A stretch of DNA of 63,495 nucleotides, the filler included, from Bigelowiella natans CCMP2755 (lineage: Eukaryota; Protista; Cercozoa): assembly GCA_000320545.1 (NCBI GenBank). It is 5 parts of 5 records of this genome, joined end to end, with 100 filler letters (N's around TTAATTAATTAA, not from the genome) between each part and the next. Parts side by side here need not be neighbours in the genome. Positions count along the whole stretch, not along the records: positions 1 to 30,963 come from ADNK01001377.1; 4 more parts are not named here. One strand, 5' to 3'. The stretch's first letter is position 1; every line of letters begins with the position of its first letter. A model generated the notes under the pieces. It saw nothing but the letters and a program-made list of their open reading frames with translations, was not told the origin of the DNA and searched no databases. This document shows positions 1-11,351 of this stretch, in pieces. Made by a program: the position numbers and the translations under genes.

Positions 1-599
1 ATGTTCCCCCAGGGGCTTTGCCAATAAGTAAAAATGCGGTCCCTCCTTTCGCAAGGATCGGCGGGCTTCATTCTTTATGTTGTTCTGAGTTCCATCTTCT
101 TCAGTTAACCTATCGGGCTCTTGCTGTTGGTCCTTCTTTCTTCTTTTGGCCTCACCCGTTTCGTCTGGCTATCGCACCGCTTCCGGTGCATTGTGGTGCA
201 TATTGTTCTTCCTCTCATGGGTAAGCGCGACGACTGTTTCCTTGGACGCATTCCGTGAGCGCCTTTTTCTCCTCTCCCCATCCTTTAGTAAGGCGTTACC
301 TAGGCCATAAATTCTCAAATGACTTCTTCCACCAGCTCTTTGGGGTCTATCTTTTGGGTCTCCCAGACAGAGCCGACGCCAGGTGTGGTCCCCGATGACC
401 TCTTTCTGCTTCGGGACTTTCCCTTTTTTTTCTTCTTCTTGGTCTTTTCACCCATCTGGACCTCCTCCTCCAGTTGCTTGGTCCCCCCCTGAATCTTTTA
501 TTGGTTGGTAAAAACAACGGGCCAGCCGTGGCCCCCTTCCCCCTCCCCCCCCCCCCCAAAAAAAACAAGAAAAGTGTATAGCTGCTACTGCTGCGGCTG

Positions 600-2819
600 T
601 TTCGCAGCGCTGTTGATGAACCTTAAGCAGCACTTCCGAGATTTGCTCGAGATCTGCTAGTAGCTGTAGCTGAGACTGCAGGAAGGTTCTCCGTGTCAGC
701 ATTATAGCTTTCAAGTCCGCCCCGGAGTCCTCAGCGCCGCCGCTGCCTCCCTGCACCCCCCCCCCGACTAACGCCTTCACACTATTTTGTTGCTTTGACC
801 CGGAGGTGGGATGGAAGGCAGTCAGGGCTTTCTTACATTGCGCCTTCTCCTCCTGCGTCGCCGAGCAGGACAGCACACAAAAGGGGGGATAAGGGGGGAT
901 GCGGGGGGGAGGGGTAGGGAAGGAGTGAGCAGGTGAGAGCGAGCGGAGAGGCAGAAGGGAGAAAAGGGGGGGAACGAAGTCTAATATAACCCATCGAGAG
1001 ATTCATTATCTTTCATGTTTCTCAAGAAATGAACCATAAAAACTATTGTGTCCTCCATCCACCCCCCCTCCCTTCCCCCTTCCAGCGGAACCTTAGCCCT
1101 TTCGATAGAGTTCCTTGGTTCCGTTGATTGGGTTGAAAATTCTGAATCTGCACGACGATGCTGCTGCTGCTGCTGCTCCTCCTCCTCCTCCTGCCTCATT
1201 GCCATCCTCGTCGTCGTAGTTTCATTGCTTGCAGCTTCCTGCTTGTTCTTTGGTACCGAAGGACTCGTTCTGTCACTGTTGCTCCTACTGCGGTTTGCCT
1301 CATTTTCATTCTCCTTTACTTCGCTGCCCCCCCCCGTCTCCTGCTGCTGGGGTTGTTGCGGGACCACCGCTATCTTCTTGTAGGAGTGGGAGGAGGATGA
1401 GGACGACGGGGCTAGAGGCGAGGCTTCATCGTCGTTGCCTTCATTAGTACCAACGCTGCTATCTTTTATAACAGAGGGTTGCTGAGACTTCTCCTGCGGT
1501 CTCTCCTGATTTGTTTCCTGAGCGTTCGAGGAAGGGCGGGTGAGGAAAATCATATGAGCCGTACATATTTGTGTTGGTATGTCGCTGTTGGCGGTTATAG
1601 AATATCATCTTCTCTCGCTCTTTTCTCGCCTCCCCCCCCCCCCCCCCACTTTGGATTTTGAAAAGGCACCTCCTTCTTTTCCTCTGTGCCAGATTTCGGC
1701 TGCATCACGGTTGGAGTACCATCATCATGGCCGTCGCCTTCGCCTTCGCCCTTCTTGTCCTTGCCAAGCTGCTGGTTCAGCATCGTTCCACCCTGAATCG
1801 GCGGTTTTGGCGGCCGACCCTTAGGAGCGGCCGACCCTCCCCCAACCGCGGTCCCCCCCCCCCCTCCTTTCCCCTTGCGGTCATCCGCAAGGGAGAAATG
1901 ATCCTCACGCACAAGGTTATCGAGGGAAGACTCGTGCAGCAGCGTCCTGCTTTTGTTCGATAGCTTCGAGAAGCTGCGCGAGCGCGGCATCTTGTATGTC
2001 ATGGCGCGGTGGTTGACGAAGGCGCCCTCGCAGCACCGCCAGAGCTCCACGTAGCGCTGCTTCTGCTCGAGAGTGACGGAGTAATCGGCCGCAGTCTGCA
2101 TGGTGAGGATCGCCTTCAAACAGAAATGCGCGGATTTTGCGCTGCAAGCGGCCAGAAACTCGAGCACCTCCGACCCATCCCGGCTAGCCATATTCGAGAA
2201 CATGTGGCTGCAAGTAGTCACGAAAATTGGAGGGGGGGGGGGGGGGTAAGGCGATGGTGATGATGACGGTGATGTGGTCAAAGGGATGACAAGAAGATAC
2301 ATGAGGTAAAGACTAAGCGTGGGTATTCCACAGGGTGTTCGTGTACAAAAAGACTGTGGGGTGTGTTCCAACTACATTTTCTGTGGGGACGGTGCAATCT
2401 ACTATATCTCCTCTCCTCCCCTTACGATTACTTAAAATACGGTCAACAAGCGCAAGTATCCTCTCCTGCCCCCTCCCCCCCCCCTGACGACCCGATGATC
2501 CAACTTTCCGAGGAAAAAAACTAAAATACCATAGCTGTGGGAGAAAGAATTCAATCTCCGCCTCAGGAACATTTTCAAACTTCTCGATGATGTATTCCCG
2601 AACGCCTTTGTGCTTGGTGGTGTACAGATATTGGAGCCCGTCGAGAGTGTCAAGACCATCCTCTTCAGCCTCCAAAACGTGCTGCGTAGCCTCCAAGCTC
2701 AGTTTCGCGTCCTCCTCCTCGCTCTCCTTCTTCTCCCCCCCTCCCCCCTCCTCCTTAGAAGGTGACGGAAATCCATCAAGCTTACTGCTTCTAGAATGAG
2801 ACATACGGCGCTCCATCAT
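600..2819 (-). CDS. Phosphatidylinositol 4-kinase type III beta (PIK1-like), 5' portion: helical domain and linker; catalytic domain not seen in window
   Basis: Exon 1 from ATG 2819 encodes LQYLYTTKHKGVREYIIEKFENVPEAEIEFFLPQL. It is spliced (GT 2529, AG 2208) to CHMFSN...LEFLAACSAKSAHFCLKAILTMQTAA, resembling the PI4K-beta helical domain. A later exon (~604-876) has FLQSQLQLLADLEQISEVLLKVHQQR, like the conserved PI4K-beta pre-kinase segment. The 3' coordinate is approximate. Confidence 0.75.
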
Positions 2820-3927
2820 GGTCTTTGATAGCAGAGGCAGTGGATGGTGAAAGTCGTCAGGAGCTGTCTGTCCCGGGGTTTGCTCGCTTTGTGTTCTCTT
2901 TTCGCTGGGAACCTCGCAGATCCCCCCACCCTCTCTTTCTCACTTCTGCAATATCGCTTTGCTATCAACTGTAATGTTGTTGTCCTAAAGGCTCATGAAA
3001 GAGGAGTGCGGGTTGTGATCAGAAATTCGTCGTTCAACCTTCCCCAGCTTTCCTTCTTCGCTATTTTCCCCTCCGCGCGCGCTCTGTCTCTCTCTCACTC
3101 TCTCCGGGAGATTTGAGTGAATTGGAGCGCCTGTGAACACACCACACAATTTGCCGACACAATAAGCCTACATTCTCACGTCGTACAGAGACATTTGCAC
3201 CAAATGTAAAAGAAGTAACTCTCGGACGTTTGAACCGCCAACAAAATGCTTCAGCAACGAATCGAGCCAAACGTTTGTAGCGGGATGGGATGGGATTGGA
3301 AAATCCTGCCATGGTGATGGTTGATTCTCCTTCATCCCGCCCCACCATGCTCCCTAGTCCTGCCCCTCCCCTCTTGACACCGACCTTCAGATCGGGGCAG
3401 ACCCTAAAACAGGAAATGACAGCAATGCAGCGGATGCATAAGGGATGAACTAAAGCCCGTTTTTGAAAGACGACAACCTTATTCAGAGTGACGTAGCGTT
3501 CAAATACTCGCACTGCCGGCGAACACGTCGCGCGTTTGTCCACTGAGGAGCTTTCACGGCGAGCTTCGTGCCTCCAAGAGGCGATCTTTTATATCTACGA
3601 CAACCCATTTCCGTTGTCGCAGGTGGTAATTCAAATGCATAATGCGCGGTCGCGGGGGATGCCCCATTTTTCTTATTTTTAAAGAGCACCGAGTATTTGG
3701 GCTAATAGCCTGCCAAAAAGCGCTCCTCCGTGGGAGGAATCTTATCGGGAAAATATCTTACTCGCGCAGCCCTCGTCATCGCAGCGGAAGATGAGGTTCT
3801 CGCAGATCTTTTGTTGTGCGATTATTGTAAGTATTATACAGATGTGCGTGGTATATTTTATTATCTAACAAACTTGACTGTCCTACACCACAGCACGAGA
3901 CGTCCACGTGCCCATGTGGCATCGACG

Positions 3928-4533
3928 ATGATGTTGCACAGTCTCTCCCTTTTTTGTGTTCTACATGCAATAGTTCCGATTTTGCATGCACACACGTGTG
4001 TGCGAAGGAGTGGTGCATCGTGGAGAGGACGGAAGAGTGACCTAGGACCAGAGGCTAGCGCATCGGGCAATGAGGAGCGAAAGCTGAGCGGGATGAGACC
4101 AAGGTTTTCGAAGGGTTGGGGGTTGGTCAATTCCCACATTGTGAGAGTTTCTTCGAAGGAGGAGGAGGATGATTTCCTTGATGTGGCTGCCTCCTTGAGA
4201 GATTGGGAGAAAGGGTCTTCCTCTGCAGCGCAGATGCAGATGAGCGAGGAGTTGACGAAGAGTCTGTTGGAGTTCAAAATGGAACATAAGCAAGCGGGAA
4301 CGAACGACGAGATTATCGAGGTTGAAAGGGAGATAGGTGAAGATAACGACCATGTGGAGGAGAGCAAGGGAAAAATCAAAGCAGCTAACAAGCAACCGGA
4401 TGAACACGCACCAAGGGCCACACGGAAGCAGAGGATGGGCGTGGATGACCTGGAAAACACACATGATTTGCTCGAAAAGGCCGGCACTGATAGAAGATCC
4501 GGATGGAGAGCATCAAAAGCCAAAGGTGTTTAG
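3928..4533 (+). CDS. Intronless hypothetical protein (~201 aa) with a signal peptide, a basic Arg/Ser/Gly transit-peptide-like stretch and an acidic body
   Basis: ATG 3928 gives MMLHSLSLFCVLHAIVPILHA (hydrophobic), then HTCVRRSGASWRGRKS..., then an E/D/K-rich region. Stop TAG at 4531-4533. No family recognised. Confidence 0.6.
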   Translation: MMLHSLSLFCVLHAIVPILHAHTCVRRSGASWRGRKSDLGPEASASGNEERKLSGMRPRFSKGWGLVNSHIVRVSSKEEEDDFLDVAASLRDWEKGSSSAAQMQMSEELTKSLLEFKMEHKQAGTNDEIIEVEREIGEDNDHVEESKGKIKAANKQPDEHAPRATRKQRMGVDDLENTHDLLEKAGTDRRSGWRASKAKGV

Positions 4534-5417
4534 TTTTTTGGATCTTGGTACCATTAGTCTCATTACTATCCTCTGATTAGGCAATCGGAGAAATCGGCGA
4601 TATGAAAATCGAATGTTAAAAGGACTTGAGGGCTAGGTCTGTATCTGGATATATCGACTCTATTGCTACGTGTACATAGAACCACGTCACAGATGGTATG
4701 TGTAGCGTGAAAAATGCCTATCTCAATTTTAAGGGGAAGCTTTTGAAGGTAGGAGTAGCACTCGATCATGAGAAAAAATCCTGCACGCCCAGTCCTCGCT
4801 GCCATAGCTCCTGCTAGCCTGCCGCGGTGATGCTTGTCTACTTGAAGGAATTGAGACATGTCATCAATATCGTTATGTAATGAAAAATATATTATGCAAT
4901 TATTTCTCAAATAGGGCAACCATTATTAGTATTTGACATTTTATTGACAGCACTGCGCTATAGCGCTGCATCCAGCGCAATATGTTACATAGCGGCCAAG
5001 CGCATGCAGGAAAGCGCAATTAGCAACATCTTTTACATACATATGCTGACTGAATACTGGCTCATGTTATGTGTTATTAGCATGTGTCGCATTATCTTAC
5101 ACTTTTGTCACGTCTTACTTGCTATACTTATCTATATTATTAAAGCATCAGAATGTATCCCTGCAGCTAGGCTTATGATGCAGAGCGCTGGCGCCATTAT
5201 GCCTGCCGGCGTATCATGTCACAGCAATAATGCAGCGCTACCGCAGCAGCATATATGACGTGCATAGCATCATATCGTGATCCTATCATGTGTGATTATA
5301 ATGATGTACATCAACGTGATCGACGAAACACTATTAACCGGCGTGTTAATTTACTTGGATTGTTAGCCGAGTAAATAGGTGGCGGTGCACGGTGTAAGGA
5401 CGGAGGATATATGCGAA

Positions 5418-6137
5418 TTAGTTACCACTATCAGAGCTTCCATAAGCTGCAACCAAGCCCAATCCAGACGGCGCCTCGTCCTCCTTTTTCTTTTTCTTCT
5501 TTTTTTTCTTCTTCTTCTTTTTGGACTTTTTCACAACAGCAACGACAGCCGGGGCAGCCATCTCCCCACTACCCTTATCTACACCTCCCTCCCCTACCAA
5601 GGTGACGCTGCTACTGGTGACAGCTGCCGTTTCGTCGTTGGTTTTGGCAAACACTGAGTTCTTGGCTCTCTTTGCACGCCTTGCCTCAGAATCCTCGCTA
5701 CCAGATTCTGCCAAGCGTTTGACACCTCCCACTGCAGACTTGAATTCCACTGAGTTTACTTCCGCTTGGATTGCCTTTTCTTCCGCCTCCGCAGCCTACG
5801 TCCACACAAGCGAGGGGATGAGGCAGGTGGAAAATGACGAGCAGGGAGGCAATGGTATGTGATTGGGTTCAGAGTCATCGTGTTCGGGAGGGATAATACC
5901 TGTTTTCTCCTCTCCTCTAAGATGGCATCTGTGTCGACTTTGGCGGAGCGATTGTTGAGGTCTTGAATCTCCTGCAGCGCGTCCAATATCTCCATTTCTC
6001 GCTTCGACTCCTTGGTTCGGTTTTCCAGGTTGGCCATCGTGTCCTGCTCTGTTTCCTGAGCCTTTAGCTCTTGAATCTTTTTGTTCAGCTGTGAACCGGT
6101 GTCAGAAGTCAAGGATTTGGGCATGAAGCAAGTGCTT

Positions 6138-6180
<43 letters not shown>

Positions 6181-6790
6181 AACGTACACCACGACGCACG
6201 AGTGACACGGAGAGGAGAGGGATGATAGCAGAGTAACGAAATGAGAGCTTGAGTTATATATCTACCTCAGACTCTTGCTGCCAAGGCTCGAAGTTCCGCG
6301 ACGCCCCTCGCTCCACCACATAATCTGAATTCTGGGGATCTGTTCGTATACACACCTGCGATATACAAACAAAAATAAAACAACAAATAATCACACGGAG
6401 GCTGTACAGCTCCGTCCAAGATATTGGGAACTGAGGATTACCATAGGAAGGAATAAAGAGACTAGAGGGGATGATTTTTTGGGGAATTAGAATGAGAAAT
6501 TTATAGTGTGTGGAAACCTCGGCGCAGCAGGAGACACACCGGATGTAGAAGCGATACTTCCGTATACCAAGATAATCGGAATCAGGCCCATACATGTCCT
6601 CCTTCCTTGCGTTAAACTTCTTTCCACGGTACATGTATTCACCGCACGTCTGACACTGCAGTGACATGGGTAACATGAAACGGATCTTGATCTGTTTGCC
6701 TTTTTGAGGAGGAGGAGGAGGAGGAGGCGGAGGAGAGATTGAGCACACAATAAAATTCTTTCACACGTACAAAAATGTAATAATTCAATA

Positions 6791-6834
<44 letters not shown>

Positions 6835-7150
6835 TTCTCGCTTCGTCCTTCCTTTAGCTTCCAACAGGCAGGGGGCAAGGCAGGATGGAGGAAGCTCTGG
6901 GGGCGCTACTCCACTTATCATACCTGGTGCTCTCCAGTTCTCCCTTTTCGGAATGATCGATGGGTCAAAATCCGGAGGATAATATTTGTTTGTAACCTAA
7001 GAATTTGCGATGGATTCCAGCACACGTGGCTACTGTTAGAATGCATCCTACGCCCCAACAGTATCCGATGGATCTTATACTCTATCCACGTTTAAAACGT
7101 TTCATATGTCAACTAAATAAACATCAGGCCCGGACCTTCCGCTCTCCCAT
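5418..7150 (-). CDS. YJU2: Splicing factor YJU2 / CCDC94 / Cwc16
   Basis: Spliced translation MGERK|VTNKYYPPDFDPSIIPK...IRFMLPMSLQCQTCGEYMYRGKKFNARKE...YLGIRKYRFYIRCVSCCAE|VCIRTDPQNSDYVVERGASRNFEPW...LENRTKESKREMEILDALQEIQDLN...GLGLVAAYGSSDSGN*. All family motifs are present. Confidence 0.95.
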
Positions 7151-7230
7151 GTTGAATGCTGTGTGTGGGCTACTGCTGGAGCGATCGAAATCAGTGCGAA
7201 ATCAGTCGAAATGAGAGCTTAGAGCAGATA

Positions 7231-8715
7231 CTCCGTCCAGTTTCAGTTTTGAGAGCAGCCGTGTGCTCCAAGATTCGAGGATCAAGGATTGTGGGGTGGC
7301 GGGCGAGAAATTGAAACCGGGTGAGGTGCGGAGAGGGGTGAGCAATTTGGAACTTCCTCGGACCGAGGTAGAAATGGCGTGAAATTCAACAAAAATGTCA
7401 CCTGCGACAACAGTCTTTCGTTGTCGCACACCAAATTCAAACAACAGTTGCATGGGTTGCAACAACCTGGCAATGCGAAGCTCGTTCATTGTTCAACTCT
7501 GGAACTCAGTGTCAAACTTTGAAACAGCAGGTCCACGACGAGGGCGTAGCAACGTGCAAGTGCACAAGCACGTTTGCCAGGGCGCGGCTGCGTGCGCGTG
7601 TGCACGTCCAGACGTGCACTGTGTCCACCATGCAAAAGTGCACGCGTGCGCGCAAAAACCACGTGGGAAGAAAAATCGCACGTTTTCTGGTCTCAGAGTC
7701 GTTCTTGGCGTTGGACGATGCTAGGATGCGTCACGCGGTCCACCCTGGCCTGGTGGCACCAGCTCTGGAGCTGGCCAGGTGGTCCATTGTGGTCGTCCAA
7801 CCTGGCAATGAGCACTGCTGACTTGAGCACGCAGTGGGGCACGCGTGGTGGGTGTCACGTGCTGTTCTCTCACAAGACCAGTTGCTCCGCTCTGACGCTG
7901 TCTAGCTGTCCGTCGCACACCATCAACAGACAAACAAGTTGGATGAGTCCAGTCTTTTTTGAAACACCTCTTTGTGCGCTGCTTTCAGAGAAGGTCATTG
8001 TCACAAGTCACAACAATGGGCCTGTCGCACGTGGTCAACTTGCATGCCTTTCGTTTCGTCTCAGACTAGCAGAGCGCACTCCTCGTGGTTTGCTGAGTTG
8101 TCCACTCTGGAAATCACTTGCTCTCCGTGCAGACAAGCGTTGGCGATGAAGAGAAAAGTGAGCATTTCCAAGCCAGGCAACGTTGTGCATGCAGCAGGAA
8201 GCAAGAGCGTTCACAAATTTGCACTGATTGGAGGGAAAAAAATGGCAAAGAAAGAACAAGAAAGAACTGAAACGTGAGCGTGGCAGCAGTGCAGTCTGAG
8301 CAAGCACCACGTGGAAGGTGGGAGTGCACACTGACGTGCAGCACACGCCGTGCAGGCTGGCAGAGCTGAGAAGAACAGAAAAACGAGGCAACAAGTGGAT
8401 TTGCATTCATTTTGGCAAGACAGAGACGAATCAGACTAGTAGACATTGTCCGCTGTTGCTCGCGAGATCGGCATTCTCGCCAAAAAACCAGGCTTTCATG
8501 TCAAAAGTGCTCTCTAACTGCACCCGAAATGGTCCATGAGCATGCCAGCACAAATGGCATGAGGCGGCACATCGAGTCCTCTCTGCGAAACAAGTGTGAT
8601 TTTCCACGTGAAACAACCAATTCTGATGTCGCAGAATGGAAAACGCTTAGTGATGGTTCGAACAGCACATCTGGAGCACGACAGAATCCAAAACTGATTT
8701 GAGAAGGGTGTTCTT
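7231..8715. other. TpA-depleted, CTAG-sparing tract 1
   Basis: Hand count: 9 TA in ~1485 nt (4 CTAG, 3 GTAG, 1 CTAA, 1 TTAG). CpG is abundant. Confidence 0.9.
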
Positions 8716-8745
8716 GTAACCTCTCATTCCATTTTCCAACATCCA

Positions 8746-10463
8746 ATGCATCGAAGAAGCTATCGAAATTCTGATCGATTTTGTGATCAACTCGAGAAGA
8801 CGCACCTTCAAGGCGATCCGGAAATGCATGGTATTCGCTATCCAAACCAACATAGGAGGAGGAAGAAACGGCAGACGAAGGGTTCAGAACATTCCAGAAA
8901 GAAACCATTCAACTCAATCGGCGAAACAGCTAGGAGAAAAATGGTGCTAGCTCTTCAATATCAAATGAAAGAGCATAACGTAAATTCAGAAGATCATTAT
9001 TGCAACCAAAAATACGATCAATTTTGATTTCAATGAAATTTTAGTTAACTATGAATCGTCTAGCTCAACGAGTTGGCATCAACACGGTAGGAAAGCTAAT
9101 ATTAAAATATGAGTTCTTCTTCTGTTGCTTCAGAGAAGTGATAATCATTCTGAGCCCTTTGTGCAAATTACCAGGACATTTTGGAACAATGGCTGGAAGA
9201 CTCAGGAGATGAAATGGATGATGTAGGCTGAATGAAATGATTTCCCAAGTTTATGAATACTAAGAATATTATTGCAGATGGACATTGAGTTCATAGAAAA
9301 TCGGATTGTGAAGTGGGCAGCACAGTCCAATAAAAAATCAATGTCTGACGTAGGGGAGAAGGACGATTCGCCAGGTATTACTAAATACATCATTAATTAA
9401 TTTAATGCTTAAATTACATCTGTTATAGATTCTCATTCATCCAGTTTATCAAGAAAGATGCGAAAAATTGAGCAAGCACTAAATTCAAAAGAGTATTTTA
9501 ACAAGACTTTCGACGAAACGATGTCTAATGAGGAATCAAAAAGGTAATTTATTCTAGATTTATAACAGTCTATCACAACTTCACATGTTATAACTTAGTT
9601 GGTCTCTCCTTTTACGAGAAAATCCCAAACCAAAAATTGTGGACACTGGGATGCTTCTTTTAGAAAGAAGAGGAAATGATGAGCAACCTTATAAGATCGT
9701 CAGAAGACTCAATATGCAAGTTGCGACAGAACTCAAGCGAGACATTGGAAAGGGAGATTGTTCTTCTTCATGCTCTTCAAGTCAACACAAGTACAACGAT
9801 AGAGAAAACGTGGATGATATGACAAATATTTCCGACGATGATGAGCAGCAGCAGTGCGTTGCTGAAGATAAATTAGAGGACGGTGAAGGCTACGTTGATG
9901 AAAGGAATCCAGAAAGGAAAAAATACACAAGATCAATATTAGTCTCATCAGCAATGGCAAGGCATGAAGACAGAATGGAGAGGGTAGCTCGTCGAATGAA
10001 GCTTGTAGAAGAATTAAATTTGAAACTTAGGTCCGAACAGCAACGTAATCGTATCAACCAGTTCCGCACTCCAACTCGTCCTAGACTTGGACAAAGGAAG
10101 AGAAGAAGAAATATGAAGAAGAAAGGGCATGATGAAAAGGAAGCCGAAACTTCCTCTTCGATAACCAGGAAAACTGGTCATCGGATAAGAAAGCGAAAAA
10201 GTTACCAATCTAAGTTAGAAAAACAGGACTTTAACAACAATTTTCAAGAAGATTCCTCTGAAAATTTCGATTTCTTTAAAGACGAAAATTCTTTAGATCA
10301 AAATTACAATCTTGAGACCAATGACATACAGGATGCCTATGTGCACAGAGGACGAAAAGGTTCAGACTTGCACAGAAAGAAGATCCTCAACCGACTAAAA
10401 TTAGCTCAGAAACTCATTGAAAAACTCAGAAAACGACGCATGTCGATTACAAAAACTCAATAA
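8746..10463 (+). CDS. Multi-exon protein with a lambda-repressor/Cro-C1-like helix-turn-helix and a long charged C-terminal region; 5' end uncertain and may extend into 8240-8745
   Basis: Short GT-AG introns join RRKMVLALQYQMKEHN|LTMNRLAQRVGINT|DILEQWLEDSGDEMDD|MDIEFIENRIVKWAAQ (HTH_XRE-like pattern) to the 274-aa terminal ORF 9639-10463. Confidence 0.6.
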
Positions 10464-10509
10464 ATGTTTCACTAATGACCAAGCAGAAAATAGATCAAAC
10501 AATGTTTCA

Positions 10510-11110
10510 TCCTCATCTAGATACAACATGTCAGGATGTGGAATGTGCAAACTGAACTATGCCATGATGATGATTCAAGCACATGTGAAAATCGGGACAA
10601 CAAAAATGCAAAGTGTTCCATCCAAAGTTGATCCATCAGATTTCATTGCGACACAACAAATTGAAGCTTGAATTTGACCATCAGAATGGTTACGATGTCA
10701 GGGTGACTAAGGAAACATCATGGGCACGCCTAGATGCGATGTCTAGATCTAGAGATGCACATTGCATTTGGACACGACATGGCACAAATGCTCATTCTAG
10801 CATTGGTGATGTGCGCAGTGCGTCTGATGTCGCAACATCTGTAGACATTTCTAGGTTTTAGATTTGCAGCATGACGAATTTGCTTCCTAATTAGCCAATG
10901 AACCTTTTTTGTCAACATGCGCTACATCAGGCAGGTGTGTCCTTGTCTAGTTGTGACTCCGTCTAGTTGTGACCCCATGCATGCTAGTTTGGTCGCCCAC
11001 ATGAATGTTTTAAACATGTGAACACATTCTCTAAAAATTTTCTTTCTTGTCTCTGTGGTCGCTTTGGTCTCCCCAAATTGAACCGTAGTTTCCGCTGCTT
11101 CTCCTTCCAT
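10510..11110. other. TpA-depleted/CTAG-rich tract 2 (convergent intergenic)
   Basis: Nearly all remaining TA are CTAG or half-sites (CTAH/DTAG). CATG and TGCA are frequent. Lies between a + stop at 10463 and a - stop at 11352. Confidence 0.75.
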
Positions 11111-11351
11111 TTTCATCATAAAAAGTGTGTCCATTATTTCCTTCACGTAAATGTGCAAGTGTAAATTCTTCGTCAAAATTCTGCGGTTCCCTGGGTTCAC
11201 AACAGCAAAGTGTGCTGTGTAGACATTCAGATATGGGCAGGACCACATATATCCCTATGTTAGAACCCAGCATTATTCGTTGGTGTGACGGTTCGTATGT
11301 GTTTGATACAGTTTTCATAGTAGATCGGAACGAGTGCATCCAATCATAAAT

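Noticed and set aside
1-570. Purine-rich minus-strand segment that might be PI4K exons or a retroelement fragment
   Set aside because: Stops interrupt every frame, with no kinase or transposon motif and no convincing splice path.
7231-8715. CpG methylation decay or classical RIP as the cause of the TG/CA excess
   Set aside because: CpG is plentiful in the tracts (e.g. GGCGCGG, GCGTGCGCGTG), and TA is lost, whereas RIP creates TA.
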